A DNA stretch of 56,282 nt, counting the filler, from Asterionella formosa (Eukaryota), in NCBI GenBank assembly GCA_002256025.1. It is 5 parts of 5 records of this genome, joined end to end, with 100 filler letters (N's around TTAATTAATTAA, not from the genome) between each part and the next. Parts side by side here need not be neighbours in the genome. Positions count along the whole stretch, not along the records: positions 33,843 to 45,013 come from NKIB01008774.1; positions 45,114 to 56,282 come from NKIB01008775.1; 3 more parts are not named here. One strand, written 5' to 3'. Under the pieces are notes generated by a model, which searched no databases, was not told where the DNA came from, and saw only the letters and a list, made by a program, of their open reading frames with translations. Of this stretch, positions 34,842 through 47,760 are shown in pieces; within the stretch, counting starts at the first letter, position 1, and each line of letters starts with the position of its first letter. The position numbers and the translations under genes are program-made.

Positions 34842-36209
34842 ATGAAGCTGCTCCTGTCGCGATTGTCCTTCATAAGCTGTACAGTTAGTTCCTTGGTTCC
34901 TATTCTCCTTCTTGTTGTTCTAAGCATCACGGGCGGTGCCGTTGCAATGTCATCATCAGCTCAACGAATCGTCCGCATAGCCGAACCGGCCTGGCGAGCC
35001 GCGGTGACTCACCATGCCGATGCCGTTCACGCCATGCTGCTGCCGGGATTGACACCTCCAATGCATGCGCTCAATTCGGGCAAGAATCGGCATCCCACAG
35101 ACGGAGACGACCGATGGACAGCGTTGGATCCTCAGCATCCGGTGTACAACTTTCTAATTGAATATTACGGACTCAAGGGAGTCAAGGGGCCGAAACGATT
35201 GGCACGATGGTCTCCGGCGCCGGCTTGGATCTTGGGAGACTCAGACCGAATGGAAACGTTGGAGGAGCTAGAAGCGGCATCGTCGAACAAACCCAGTATC
35301 AGCAGTGCCGACTTCGTTAGGCGAGGTGGGATACTCTTGGAAGGAGCGACCATTGATGATGTAGGATCCAACCTGCACCTACGAGGTGCCATGCCGTACT
35401 CTGGCGGAGTGCTGTACTCTCCATTTTCATTCTTTGACCAACCCGACAACGCCAGCAAGACATCCAACCCCTATGTTTGGTACCGCTCTGTATTGCAACA
35501 AACACTCAGAGCCGAACCCGTCCTGCACTGTCATGGCTTACATGAGTGGGCCATGCAATATTGGCCTCCCGGTGCTGACCCACCTCCCTCGCAACAATAT
35601 CAATCCACCTTGCCTCTTCGAGTGTCTCAACAAGTCATCAATACAGCTGTCGAACGACGAGGCATTTCTTGCACACATGTTGATGCCTTGCGATACTTTG
35701 CACCTGCTGCTGGTCCACTCAATCATCATGGTGCCTCACTGGAACGGTCGCAACAATTGGAATTGGAACAGCCAGGTTGTGTGCATGCTCATATGGATAT
35801 GCTCAAACACATATTGAGGTTATCCCCCTATTGTGACCCCACTTTGGTGCAACGCGTGTTGCATGTGGCAATACAAGCACGAACATTGGATGTGGCAGCC
35901 AGTCCATATGATAGTACTCACTATGGAGTCTCGGTCATTCCCATTGAAACCATGGAAGGGAGAGCACAATATAGGATGGAACAACAAGAATTGATGCTAA
36001 AGGCGACTCCGGTGAGGCAAGATTTGTTATATGCGTATAATGTATTTTTGAATCTGGCGTTTGGTGAAGATGGACTACAGGTACAGGAACGACGACAAGC
36101 AGACCCAGAACGATTTGCCAGAGCAGAACCGGGAGGATTGCCGTGGCGCAGGAATTTGATACCAGAAACAAGGGAAGGGACTGCATCCACTACATTGGAC
36201 GGCATATAG
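34842..36209 (+). CDS. Uncharacterised protein related to a bacterial family often labelled '3-methyladenine DNA glycosylase'
   Basis: Intronless 455-aa ORF with HPVYNFLIEYY, CHGLHEWAMQY, PLRVSQ, CTHVDALRYF, EQPGCVHAHMD, DVAASPYD and IPIETMEGRAQY. Hydrophobic N-terminal extension. Confidence 0.75.
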   Translation: MKLLLSRLSFISCTVSSLVPILLLVVLSITGGAVAMSSSAQRIVRIAEPAWRAAVTHHADAVHAMLLPGLTPPMHALNSGKNRHPTDGDDRWTALDPQHPVYNFLIEYYGLKGVKGPKRLARWSPAPAWILGDSDRMETLEELEAASSNKPSISSADFVRRGGILLEGATIDDVGSNLHLRGAMPYSGGVLYSPFSFFDQPDNASKTSNPYVWYRSVLQQTLRAEPVLHCHGLHEWAMQYWPPGADPPPSQQYQSTLPLRVSQQVINTAVERRGISCTHVDALRYFAPAAGPLNHHGASLERSQQLELEQPGCVHAHMDMLKHILRLSPYCDPTLVQRVLHVAIQARTLDVAASPYDSTHYGVSVIPIETMEGRAQYRMEQQELMLKATPVRQDLLYAYNVFLNLAFGEDGLQVQERRQADPERFARAEPGGLPWRRNLIPETREGTASTTLDGI

Positions 36210-36328
36210 CTAATTAGATAAAGTGTCAAATTTCAGCATGAGTATCGATCATTTCTGTCGAATTGTTTTCTCGTTGATTGTCTGACGCGTGTATTCCTAG
36301 TGCTATAGTGACGGAATCTATTCTAGTA

Positions 36329-37378
36329 CTACTTCTTTTTTTCATGCTTTGCCTTCTTCTTCTTGTCCTTTTGAGCCAACTCCTTTTCCCAAACATCTCT
36401 CACTCGCTTAAATAACTCCATCGTTGAGGTGGCATCAATTGTTGAATCGTGCGCTTCTCCCTGCACTTGAATAGCAATACCCAAATTTTCTTTCACTAAA
36501 TCTCGAAGTTTTCGTGGTCTCCACTTGGTTCCTCCCAACCGCTGAAAGGGTCGGTAGTGAGCGGTATCTCGGATATCCTCTTTGGGATGTTGCAACAAGA
36601 GCGCTTGCAAATCATTTTTCAACGCATGTCCTACCAACACTTTACCCTTTAATAGTTTTGCCACAGTCGCACGGCAGGTAGATACATCCATGGCTTTTTT
36701 GGTCGAAATGTCCTTGGCTGTCACTCCACTAACATGAGTCCTAAAGTCCGTAACACGAGCCGGAACTTGAACAAAGGTATCCAACAAGACATTGCCATCC
36801 CAATCCACCAACGACACACGTGCTAAAGCCGATTGTTTTCCATCAGAACCAATTCCCACCATTTCACAATCAAGTGCCACGTACTTGGCCTTGTACTCTG
36901 CTGGAATCGTTGAGTTAGCCTCAAGTCTAGCTTGTTCTAGTTGTTGTTGAGCAGCCGCTTCCTTTTGTTGATTCAAAATATCATTAATGCGAGGAAAAGT
37001 CTTTTTTGGTTTCTTAAGAGGAGGATGAGTTGTTTGTTTTGCAGTTTCTTCGTCGCCTTGTTTCACAAAGACTAATTGCTGGTCAGTTCCCTCTTGTTTG
37101 GCCGTTCGTCGAGCTTCCTTTCGAAGTTTCTTAGCGTCCTTGACAGGCAAATCAATTGGAATGACAATGGTTTTTGTTGTGGTCAGCTGCTGCTGCTGCT
37201 GCTGCAGTTCTTCGTTGGCACTGATTCGTTTGCGTTTTTTGAACATGTAACTTGGATCCAAATGTTCCGGAATTGGTACGCCTTGTTCCTTCAAGGCGGC
37301 AATCTTTTTCTTACGACGGTCTCGCATTTGCGTCTTTTGTTTTTTGGAAAGGATACTTCCGCTGCTATTAGTCGTCAT
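36329..37378 (-). CDS. REX4: RNA exonuclease 4 (DEDDh)
   Basis: YVALDCEMVG, LARVSLVD, DFRTHVSG, LVGHALKNDL, IRDTA, HDSTIDA. Lys-rich nucleolar-type N-terminus. Likely start is MTTNSS at 37378. Confidence 0.9.
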   Translation of the reverse strand: MTTNSSGSILSKKQKTQMRDRRKKKIAALKEQGVPIPEHLDPSYMFKKRKRISANEELQQQQQQLTTTKTIVIPIDLPVKDAKKLRKEARRTAKQEGTDQQLVFVKQGDEETAKQTTHPPLKKPKKTFPRINDILNQQKEAAAQQQLEQARLEANSTIPAEYKAKYVALDCEMVGIGSDGKQSALARVSLVDWDGNVLLDTFVQVPARVTDFRTHVSGVTAKDISTKKAMDVSTCRATVAKLLKGKVLVGHALKNDLQALLLQHPKEDIRDTAHYRPFQRLGGTKWRPRKLRDLVKENLGIAIQVQGEAHDSTIDATSTMELFKRVRDVWEKELAQKDKKKKAKHEKKK

Positions 37379-38285
37379 GATGGGAAGGAGAAATTGTTCT
37401 CTCTCTCTATATATATAAATGTACGTGTATGTTGTGCGGTCAGGAGATTGTTGTACCGGTAGTGATTTAGTCAATAGAAAGTGGAGTGTTTGTCAGAGAA
37501 GAGTTTTGTTACTATTGACAATGATAATATGAACATGATATCCCGGAATATTTGCACCAGTACTCTGGAGTACTGTAAATCGGTAGTAAGTATGTGCTCG
37601 AAATTACTTACCTGTACCGGTAGGCTACTTGATCATCCCTATCGAGGGGACATTCATGAGAGTCATGTATTATATATAATAGATAGAGAACCCTGGTAGT
37701 CTAGCGGTATGTAAATTTTAATTTTAAATGTGGTTACATCAGACGACATTAACACACCTGGAAATACGTTTGCGAGGACGAACGAACCAAGAGCGAGCAG
37801 CAAAAGAGAGCCAACAAAGCAAACAAGGCAGAAAGAAAAGCAGAACAGAAATTGGGTGGCGGTTGGCTGTGAAGAAATCGTCCTTCCCATGTAGGATCGC
37901 TGGCCAGACGAGATTGATAAATTGGAAAACCGGGATCATAGCTGTTTCCTCATGTATGTAAATAAGAACCGTCTTTTCCCGCAACTTCCACAGTTTTTTA
38001 TGTATACCTAAGATAGAATGCTGTACCAGGTACCCTGTACCAGGAGATACCAAGACATGTACCATAGTCGTAGCATATGTAAATAATGGCCGTAATTACC
38101 CGGTAGTAATATTCTTGAATTCAAATCAGGCAAACCGCCGTTTGCAACTGTTCCATGGACTCCTCTTGAAAACTACCGGCACGACTTCATGCATCATCAC
38201 ACTTGCTCTTGACTTGTTGTCTACAATTCTTTGTAAACCATTTTATCATTTTCATCAGAACGAGCATCGCTCAATCATCATCATC

Positions 38286-39791
38286 ATGGACTTGACTTCG
38301 TCGTCCGGGTTTGCTCCTACGCAATACATCTTCCCTATTCTGAAGCATTCAGATATACTGCAATGCATGTCGGAGCTGTCCATCGAGTTGTCCAAGGCGG
38401 AATTGGCAGAGCCTGCTCGTCACAAAGACCGCATTAAACGAGTGTTCCTTCAATTGGTACGTTGAGCTCCTTATGCTGCTCCACTGCTGTCTTTGATCCA
38501 TTCTAATGCAAAACATACAGATTGAAATCTGCTGCGGCCTCACGGAAGAGGACTTTGAAAAGACGTCCGACCGATGCAAAGACAAGGCAGCCTCCTTTGA
38601 CTTTCCGCAAATCCACGAGGACTTTTCAGATACTCGCCTATTCCTGGAACTCAAAAAGTGCATGGAAACATGTGGCATTTACGACTTTGGATGGAAGGAT
38701 TTGACATGTCCCACGCCAAAGCGATTTAGATGCCAGCTCAGTGCTGCGATCAACATGGCCAAATTTAGAGAAGATCAGCTCAAGTTGTATGCCGAGTTGA
38801 ATGAGCCAGTAAGTTCAGTTTTAGACTTCTTTTGTCAATTAATGTGTGGATGCGTTTTTCTAACCAGTCCCGGGACAATCCACCACGACAGCGCATGGAA
38901 ATGTTGAAGGCCTTGGAAGAAGTAAACGATGAGAATAATCAACTAAACATGCAATTTGAATCGCTTCATATGGAGTCGGAGAACAAGTTTCAGGAAATGG
39001 AAGATGTACAACTGGAGTGCGAGGAATTAGAAATAGAAATCGCAAGGATCAACAAATTACAAACAGCCAAGCGGGAAGAATCGCAAGAACTGAAGAAACG
39101 TCACAATGACCTCAAGGATCAGTTAGCAACACTTTCTTTGGCATTGCAGGAAGTGCAGGCAGAATACGACACACTACAAAGTAGGATTGTATCGTCTCCG
39201 GAACGGAGAACGAGACAACTTCAAGATTTGCATGCTAATTTGGACTATGAGCGAAGGGAAGCCAAGGCTTTGGATGAGAAACTGCAGGAGATAAAGACCA
39301 AAATTATTCACATCACTCAAGCCCTCAAAGATGTCCCTGAAGTCACGGATACAGTCGAAGAAGCCGTGGAAGGATCCAAGAAACTAGCTTATGTGCAAGA
39401 ACAGCGAAATACTGCAAGACGAGATAAGAATGTCATCATCAACAAGACCACTTCCATTTCGGAGGATATGGACGAAGCCAAAAAAAGTTTGCATCGCATA
39501 GAAGAAAAAATGGCTCACATGCGAAAACAAGCCAAGGTGAAAATGGATGCGGCACAACAAGCTCTCAAACAGGCTACGGATCGGCTCTTGGAAGTTGAAA
39601 AGGATCATATGGACGGCATGGCCCGCATCGAGGCGGGGGAATTGGAAGTAAAAGCTATCGAGGCGTCAATGGACCAAGAACGACAGAAAACTTTGGCCGA
39701 GATCAAGGAAATGATTGATGACTACAGGGCTACGGAAAAAATTGTATTGGAGCAGAATGCAAATCTCATGACTGCCATCGGGGCCATTTAG
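38286..39791 (+). CDS. NUF2: Kinetochore protein Nuf2; exons 38286-38456, 38521-38808, 38892-39791
   Basis: FPILKHSDILQCM, DFGWKDLTCPTPKRFRCQLSAAINMAKFRE, SRIVSSPER and a long coiled coil. Two GT-AG introns link the three ORFs in frame. Confidence 0.9.
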
Positions 39792-40088
39792 GTGGAAATC
39801 AGGGAAACGACGTGTCATAGGCATAGTAGTCAATATTACTTTATGGTAGCGTAGAAATCAATAGGTTAATTGTAAGAACTCGTACACGCCAAAACTGTTG
39901 GACGAATGAGCCTATCAAACACTGGAAAGCTAATATGTAAGGCAAATCCATACAAATGATAAAATGGCTTTCTTCGTCCGTCACTGGCCGTTACTTCATG
40001 AAATACCAGATTTCACTTGAGTATCAAAGTAGCTATTCTGCATTTCTAATAGATTCATCAGTCGCTGAATAATTTCACAAATCGTACA

Positions 40089-43000
40089 CTAGACTATTAA
40101 ATTACTCTTTTCTTGTGTCAACGAGAGCATCAATATATCAACAAACGAACCACCCATAGTCATGAGAACACTAATAGGGGAATTGTCCACTGTTGTTGGC
40201 TTCTTTCGAGACGCTCCCTTGTCACGATCGCCCAGTAAAAGAGTATCTAACATTCTGACAATTTTGGGGTTCTCAGAGGCTAGCCCGAGTGCCTGGAATA
40301 CTTCGTTCGCTTTAGACCAGCATTCCTTGGCAGCACCTTCTTCGCCATGAATCATATGGATTTTTCCAATCGTGATCAATGCATTGACAAATTCGCCATC
40401 TATTTTCCCCTGACGCCGTATACGGACAAACTCTTCCAAGAACAAACGAGCTCGGTCCAAGTCGCCACATCGAAATTCCATGCCACCCATGTATTGTAAA
40501 ACATCAGCAACACGTTCGTCGCCCTCTCTGCCGGCCATGCTAAGAATTGCGAGAGCTTCCTGATATGATCTTGTCGCTTTGTCAATGTTGTTCATGTCAT
40601 TTTGGACATTTCCAATAGCAATGAGAGCATCTGCAACTTTGTCGTGGTCATCGCCAAGTTTATTTCGTCGTAGTCGGAGACAATTTTCGTAACATTCGAC
40701 TGCTAGCTCGTATTGGCGCTTTTCACGTTGGACGTTACCAATATTCTTGAGCGTTTCAGAAATCTTTACATCATTATTGTTAGCCTTCCGTATTCGAAGC
40801 GCTTTCGAGAGAAGCTCGAGTGCATGGTCGAGTTTGCCCCTCTTGGCTTCGATGGAACCCATCATATTTAGTGTATCTCCAACTTCCATGGCATTGTTGC
40901 CAAGGCGAGCTTTACGGATGGCAAGCGATTCTTCGAGGTGTTTTAAGGCACGTAAAGATTCACCTTGATTATGAAGTGTGTATCCTATGCTGTACAAGTT
41001 AGCTGCGACGGCTTCGTGGTCACCGAGCAGCTTTCGGCGGATATTCAAGGCGGTGACATAATTTTCCATAGCTTCGCCGTACTCCCCAAGGTCGTCCATA
41101 AGGTCGCCCATTTCAACCAGAACATCGGCAACAGCTTCATTCTCGTCTCCGAAAATCGAACGTCGAATGCGCAACGCTTCTTCAAAGGAAATTTCTGCTT
41201 TCTTGCTCCACCCCATGGCTTTAGCTAGGAGACCTATCTTCGCGTGGGTGAGCGCAACCTTTTCGCTGTCAGGCAACCGCACCTGAAGAATTTTCAAAGC
41301 TTGTTCTAGACACTTAAATGCCTTTTCTGGATGTTTGTTGGACTGGTGCAAGAAAGCGATATTGAATAATGTGCTTACAACATCAACGTGTACGAAACCC
41401 ACTCCAGCTCGTCGGGCCTTCAAACTGGCGACAAAAATCTTCATGGCCTTTTTGTATTCTCCCATGGTCAAGTATACACAGCCAATTACGTGAAGCAATG
41501 TAGCAATCTTTTCCTTTCTGTGTGGCACTTTCCTGGTCAAGATCTCGAGTGACCTTTCGTAGTAACGTAACCCCTCCTCTTTTTGCCCCGTCAAGGTGTT
41601 GAGCACCCCTTTAATTGCTAATACATCGGAATCTCCCTCTGCTCCCAGATCAGGATCTAGTTTCTTGAGTCGTATAACCTCTTCGAAATACGAAATGGCA
41701 TCGTCGGCACGATCTTGATCTGTCAGACAGTTTCCAATGTGATGGTATGTGGCAGCGAGTTCGGGGTGTTCGTCACCGAGTTCGACCTTCTTCGAATTCA
41801 ACGCAACTTGGAAAATTTTGAGTGCTTCTGTCACCTCTCCTATATTGTAGTGAATATTTCCAATACTATCGAGTATTTCCCCGATATCGACACAATTGAG
41901 GGTGACATCAAGTTGCATGATATCCAAGGCCCATTTGTAACTATTCATTGCTTCTGTGAAGTCACTCATCGCAAGAAAGACATCACCAATTTTTTGTACT
42001 GTATGCGCGAATAGGATGTGCTCCACGCCGTGCAGTATTCCTCGAGCATGAAGGCATTGTTGCAGCGACGCGAGGGATTGCTCAAACTGATTCATTTCAC
42101 AATACACAACCCCAACATTGAACAAAATTGCGGCGACAAATTCGGTCATGCCAAGCGACGAGAGAAGCAATTCTTGACTACTCTCCCAGTGAGTAATTGC
42201 TGCCTTCCAGCATTGTCTTTCGGAAAGGGAAAATCCAATTTCGTACTGGGCTCTCCCAGCGTCGACGCAGAATACGACCGGGTCCTTGGTGTTGCTTCCA
42301 GATGTAGGTGTGATTAAGTGATTACCAAGTGTTGCGTATGCCCGAATAAGTATATTGCGTGGGTCAGTATCCATCATTGCTCGCTCTATCAAAGTGATAA
42401 TGTTACTGTGCAGACTCTCACAATCTTTGATATGACGTCGAGTGGCTTTCTCTCTGCCAAATGCAAAAATTCGACATCGCACAAAGCGCTCGTCTGCCAG
42501 CAATTCAGCGGCTTCCCTGAACATTTCGGCTCGAAGCATGTGTGATATGATAAGTTCCAGCCCATAATCACGGGCAGCGTCAGGACGCGTCGTGTCCCAA
42601 TCTTGATACTGCAACATGTAAGCCTCAACGAAAGCTCTATTCCATTTACACTCTGAATTACTAGTGAGCACCTTCATGTCATTTGCTTCAGATGATAGAT
42701 ACTCTCCATATTCGTGTTGGATGCTGTGCATGATCTGGAGAAAAATTTCTTCATCGTTGCTTTCTAGGGACCTTTTAGAGGGCAAATCATCGTCGGCATC
42801 GTAAGTGGTAACCGCTTTCAAAACGCCAACGGCTACAAAAGCTTCTGGAATCAGAATAACAGCGTCCTTTCGTCGGGAGTAAAAGGGACTTCCTACTGGG
42901 AATAAAGATTCTCCTTCCATTTCCAATAGCGCCTCAAAAAGGAGAACCGCTATCGACCGTGGAACCATAGATGGGGCCCATGAGTATTTTTGATGCTGGA

Positions 43001-45013
43001 ACGAATATTTGTCGTAGCAGAACACCTGGACAAATGCAGCAAAACATAACTTTAGGATGTTGGTTGACTTGCCGTTGACAGAGGGAGAAAAACTCATTTC
43101 CATTATTTCATACATTTTGTCAGTCCCTTGATCTGGTACATTCAATATTGGTCTCATTGGTCTTGCGACAGATTCGTGAATTTCTTCCACGCTGCTAATA
43201 ACTCCCGCGGCTGCGTGCTTTAACGACAACCAGCGCCCAACACTTTTGACTGCCAGTGGATGGTTGGCGCATTCGCGAACAACTTCCTGAGCTTCCCTCG
43301 AAGATGCGATCACATGATTTGGGGGTTGTCCAGATTCTGTCACCATCAGCTTGATGGCATCTACTTCTTCCAGCAAATCGATTTCTACCGTATCTGCGAA
43401 TGGTAAAAGATCGCGAATTTTGGTTGTCAGCAATATACAAGGTGAATGGGTGTCCAACTTTTTTTTTGATGTTTGAGTTGACTGATATATTTGTGGCATA
43501 AATTGAAACCATTGCAAGTCACTTTCAAAGTATACATCATCTAGAATAATGAGCACATTTCTTGTCTCCATGATATTGGCAATTGTGTCACGGGCATGTA
43601 GCATGAACCCTGCTTCGCGTCTCTTCCGCTTCGACGAAGGTTCCCCAGGGATATTCACAAGGTCAGCAAAGATAGGCATGCCGCTGTATCCTACTTGGGC
43701 AACTATGTCACGCAAACAGTGAGTATAGCGTAAATAGTCCAACTTGTCCATACCTACATGAGCGAACGCAACACCGTCCTTGAAATAACTTCGAACATCA
43801 TCATGCAAAGCCACCATTGCTGCCATTGTTGTTTTTCCCACACCAGTCATACCCATAGCAAGAGGATCATTCAAGTCTTCAGAAACTGATGAAATTGCCA
43901 CCATCACTCCTTTGCTCCCCATGGCGCCTCGTGGACTAAACGCACTTGATTGACTGTACGACGAATGGCCCAACACCCCTACATCGGTCAATGCGTGCGG
44001 AGGCAGAATTCGGCGTAAAATAGATGCCATTGTCAGAGACCGCGGTAAAGGTTCACCATTAATTTTGTCCAAGACCTGCAAAGCCCACTGAGGTTTTGGT
44101 GCAAACTGACGGTAATGTACATCGACGTCGTCATCTTTCACTGAGTTCGCAACATCGCAGACCAAACAAAGTTCCTGAATATTGGGACACCACTGATCTG
44201 TTAATTTCAAAACTTCGTAGCAAACCTGCCGAAAGAGCAACGTATCATTCTTCATAAAAAGCGTTTTCAATGCTTCGACATGGCCAGTTGCAGTCCATGC
44301 TCGCCGCAAACTTCCGGACAATTCATATTTTGGAACAGATTGGCCTTCGAAAAGACAAATAATTTCTTGAGCAGTTCTTTCCAGCATCTCCAGAAGAGTC
44401 ACGTAAGCCGTCTCAGCTCGATCATTCCATTCCTGCCGTTGCCAGACACGGTACGTGAGGTCGCATAATAAGCCGACGAGTTTTTGAGCTCGTCCCAATA
44501 AGTGGTCCATCTCGTCGATGGGATCTTCTTCTAGGTACCTTTGGATAATTGGTCTCAGGGAAACGAAAACGTGGTCGGCAGTCGGCGCATGGCTTAAAAC
44601 TGCATTTAAAGCTTCAGAAGCAACCGCCGTGGATTGCCCATCGTCAGTTCCACCCAACGTAGAAAGTAATTCTAGCTCATCAGATAGTTGCAACAGGGCA
44701 CCGAGCAGCGCTTCAAATCCATATAATAGCTGATGAGATGCATGAGCATTTGAATGGGTGCTTTCGACGGCATCCAGGATTTCTGTGGATTGGCCGACAA
44801 TTTCACCCATGGCGACAAGTTCGCGGACTGTTTTCCGATTGAGGCCTGACTTGGTGATGGTCAGCGTTTTATCCACTTTGGCTCCTAGCTCATGCAGTAT
44901 ATCATATTCTTGACCCTTGCGTTTAAGCCGAGTACCTATGTTGATTGGCGCTATCGTAAACAAATCTTCTTCAGCAGTATTGTGGTCGTAAATGCGCTTC
45001 GTTAACTGTGAAC
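40089..45013 (-). CDS. STAND NTPase (NB-ARC) with long TPR array, NLR-like; 5' end truncated by contig end
   Basis: Walker A GMTGVGKTT, Walker B LIILDDV, sensor ILLTTK, GLPL-like NHPLAV, MHD-like IMHSIQHEY, then roughly 15 42-aa TPR repeats. The frame stays open up to the linker. Confidence 0.88.
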
Positions 45014-45113
45014 NNNNNNNNNNNNNNNNNNNNNNNNNNNNNNNNNNNNNNNNNNNNTTAATTAATTAANNNNNNNNNNNNNNNNNNNNNNNNNNNNNNN
45101 NNNNNNNNNNNNN
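45014..45113. other. Artificial contig linker
   Basis: N44-TTAATTAATTAA-N44. Confidence 0.97.
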
Positions 45114-45564
45114 CTAATGAGACATGAAAATTACAAAACCAGAATCACTCTGTTACTATAAATAGACGGCACAGTCTCATGCTTCTTTGTGCGTGCATAT
45201 CGCCTGCTATGCTGCGTTTCAATTGTAGATGTATTACGTTCTTGTTAGAGAGACGATGTTACGGAGAAGTAGATTGTGCTGTTCTATAATGGATGTTGTT
45301 TACTAGCTATGATTGAGGTTGTAACACTGACCGATGCTCCAGTGACAGACCAGCCGGAAATATTCGTCTTGTGTGATGAGCCATTTCGTTATCATTGGAT
45401 TTCTTTTCAAGCTCTTAACGGATTGCATAGTACAAACATACTGTGCAATGTAGATGATGATTCATCGAAGACATATGATGACTTGAACGACAAATGAAGA
45501 TTTTATCACAAAATCTCGTTCCTCTTGACATCATGGCTGCTTTGTCGTTGTTGCAAGAATCAGA

Positions 45565-45816
45565 GTGAGGACTGGAGAGGATGATGAGCCAAACCACATA
45601 ACTTTCACTGGTACATTCTCCTACCAAGAAATTTAAATGAAGGAAGCAAAAAGAAACAATACATATTTTAATTAAATTTCCATAGTCAAAAGGGTTACTA
45701 TTTAAATTACGAGGGCATTTATCAAAATTATTAGATGATATAACGAAAAATTATGATCAGATGATCATAATCCTATGATGCATCATGGAAATATGATGGT
45801 TTTTATTTGCAGACGA
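45565..45816 (+). repeat. Direct repeat C, copy 1 (core; similarity extends ~250 bp further upstream, more diverged)
   Basis: GAGGGCATTTATCAAAATTATTAGATGATA..ACGAAAA.TTATGATCAGATGATCA.AATCCTATGATGCATC is shared with 47500-47749. Confidence 0.85.
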
Positions 45817-46077
45817 ATGGTAGCTCATCCAGTGCATATGCAATTAGCTAGGAGTAACTATTGGCTGTGGTGTCCTCTCCCTCTTGTCATATTTTTTCAA
45901 GTCACACTTTTAGCCTCAGAAATTTGTCCCGACGAAATTGTTCTTAGCAAGACTGTGCCAGATCTTTTCGTTTAGATTGTAGGTACAAAGAAGAAGTCAT
46001 GGCTGCGCCAGGATTTTTGACCATGATCTGAATTCATAAAAACACCAACATTCAACACCACTGTGAACAATTAATTT

Positions 46078-46777
46078 TCAACATGGGGACGACCCTTACA
46101 ACCAGCATCCCCCTTCCAGATTTTCAGCTGCCTTACTACAGACATATCTTTTATCAGCTCACATATGGTTTGTTGCACCAAAAACAAAAGGTGGAATGAA
46201 GCAACATTGAGATGTTCCACAATGGATGCGTTTAAGGTAAGATTCATTTGCTTGCTATTTTTGCTATCATATCACCAAGCGAAGGATAATTCATAATGAT
46301 ATGCTGCTGTTCTCAACATTCATTTGACATTTGAACAGGCCTTTTCAGAAAATAGGTGTTATTTTGAAAGCAGGACAAGTGATAGAAGGTGAAATGATGC
46401 AATATGGAGACCCGCAATGGAAGATTTTACTAAGGTAAGCTTAATCCTCAGTTTTTGTCATCACATCAGCAAAGCGAGCGATAAATCACGTGGTTCTATT
46501 ATTGTTCTCTACATTTATTTTACATTTTAGCCGTCCATTTCACAACAGGAGCATCTTTTTTAATGCATCAGTGAGTTGCGGTTCTGCCTGGTGGGTGGCT
46601 AATGCCGGTGTCTTGCTGTCAATTTGACTGCTCCGTGAAACAGTTGAATAGCACATGTGTGTGTTGCTTTCTGCTGTTGCTAGTTCTATTAAATGAATTA
46701 ATGACACACTGTTCTTTTGTAAACCTTTGCAGGTCAATGAAGAAGTCATTTTAAGGACAAGGAGGAAGCCAGTGTGA
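46078..46777 (+). pseudogene. Intron-rich unknown gene or pseudogene lying between the two copies of repeat C
   Basis: Introns 46237-46338, 46435-46530 and 46571-46732 are all GT(A/G)AG...AG and join one reading frame. There is one in-frame TGA at 46208-46210. Confidence 0.4.
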
Positions 46778-47025
46778 TACATTCCTGTTAAGATTTCGCA
46801 CCATGATGCCTTTTCAAGAATGAATAATTTTTTCATTCAGAATGAACGGTTTCTGTTTGTCTTTCATTGTCCTAACAGACGTCACATGATTCCTGCCTAT
46901 TCAAGACTGAAGATGCCATTCTGAAAGAACTGCTTTGTTTGATTGCACATCGAGATTTGTTTCCCATGTAATGTGAAATACCGGCAGTTGCATTAGAAAT
47001 CAACATATTTGATTGTACTTTTAAA

Positions 47026-47190
47026 TTACGTAAACAAATTTAATACATTACGTGAACTATATTATAGAATTACGTGAACAAAATAATAGGCAACGTGAAC
47101 TAAATTACAGTATTAATTGAAGTATTTCAATTCATTACGTGAAGGATTTCAAATCATTACGTGAAGTATTTCAAATAATTATGTGAAGGT
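47026..47190 (+). repeat. Degenerate ~22-bp tandem repeat (ATTACGTGAA...)
   Basis: About 7-8 units, e.g. CATTACGTGAAGGATTTCAAAT and CATTACGTGAAGTATTTCAAAT. Confidence 0.75.
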
Positions 47191-47499
47191 GATCATGTGA
47201 GAATTGAAAAGGTCAACGAGAACAAGTAGAATGTGTTTGTTTATGAGTTGATTGGCAAGATTGTAATGCTGGTGGTTGACGAAACGGATTTACTATGTGC
47301 GCTGTGTGTGGAACCATTCCGAGTTCGAATGATTTCTTCTCTGTAAACTCTTAATTGAAAGATTATAAACATAGGCTAACTGCACATGACGATTGCTCAA
47401 AGATATAATGATCACTTGACCAACAATTCAAGACGTTTTTGCAAACAATCATTCCAATTGTCATCGCCAGTATTTCGTCATTATTGCAAAAATCGGCAT

Positions 47500-47749
47500 G
47501 AAGACTGAAGATGATGAGCCAAAGTATATTAATTTAGCTGGTACATTATCCAACCAAGAAATTTAAAAAATGAAACCTAATAGAAACAATACATATAATA
47601 ATATAATATACATAGTCAAAACAGTTACTATTTAAATTATGAGGGCATTTATCAAAATTATTAGATGATAGAACGAAAAGTTATGATCAGATGATCACAA
47701 TCCTATGATGCATCCTCATGGGAATATGATGGTTTTTATTTGCAGACGA
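47500..47749 (+). repeat. Direct repeat C, copy 2
   Basis: Matches 45565-45816. Both copies end at ...TTTTTATTTGCAGACGA. Confidence 0.85.
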
Positions 47750-47760
47750 TGAGCCCTGTC

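Noticed and set aside
37936..37950. TCATAGCTGTTTCCT, a 15-nt match to the M13 reverse primer site
   Set aside because: The flanks do not continue into lac/vector sequence, so most likely chance.
47026..47190. Regularly spaced repeats suggestive of CRISPR
   Set aside because: Degenerate tandem units without unique spacers, no cas genes, eukaryotic context.
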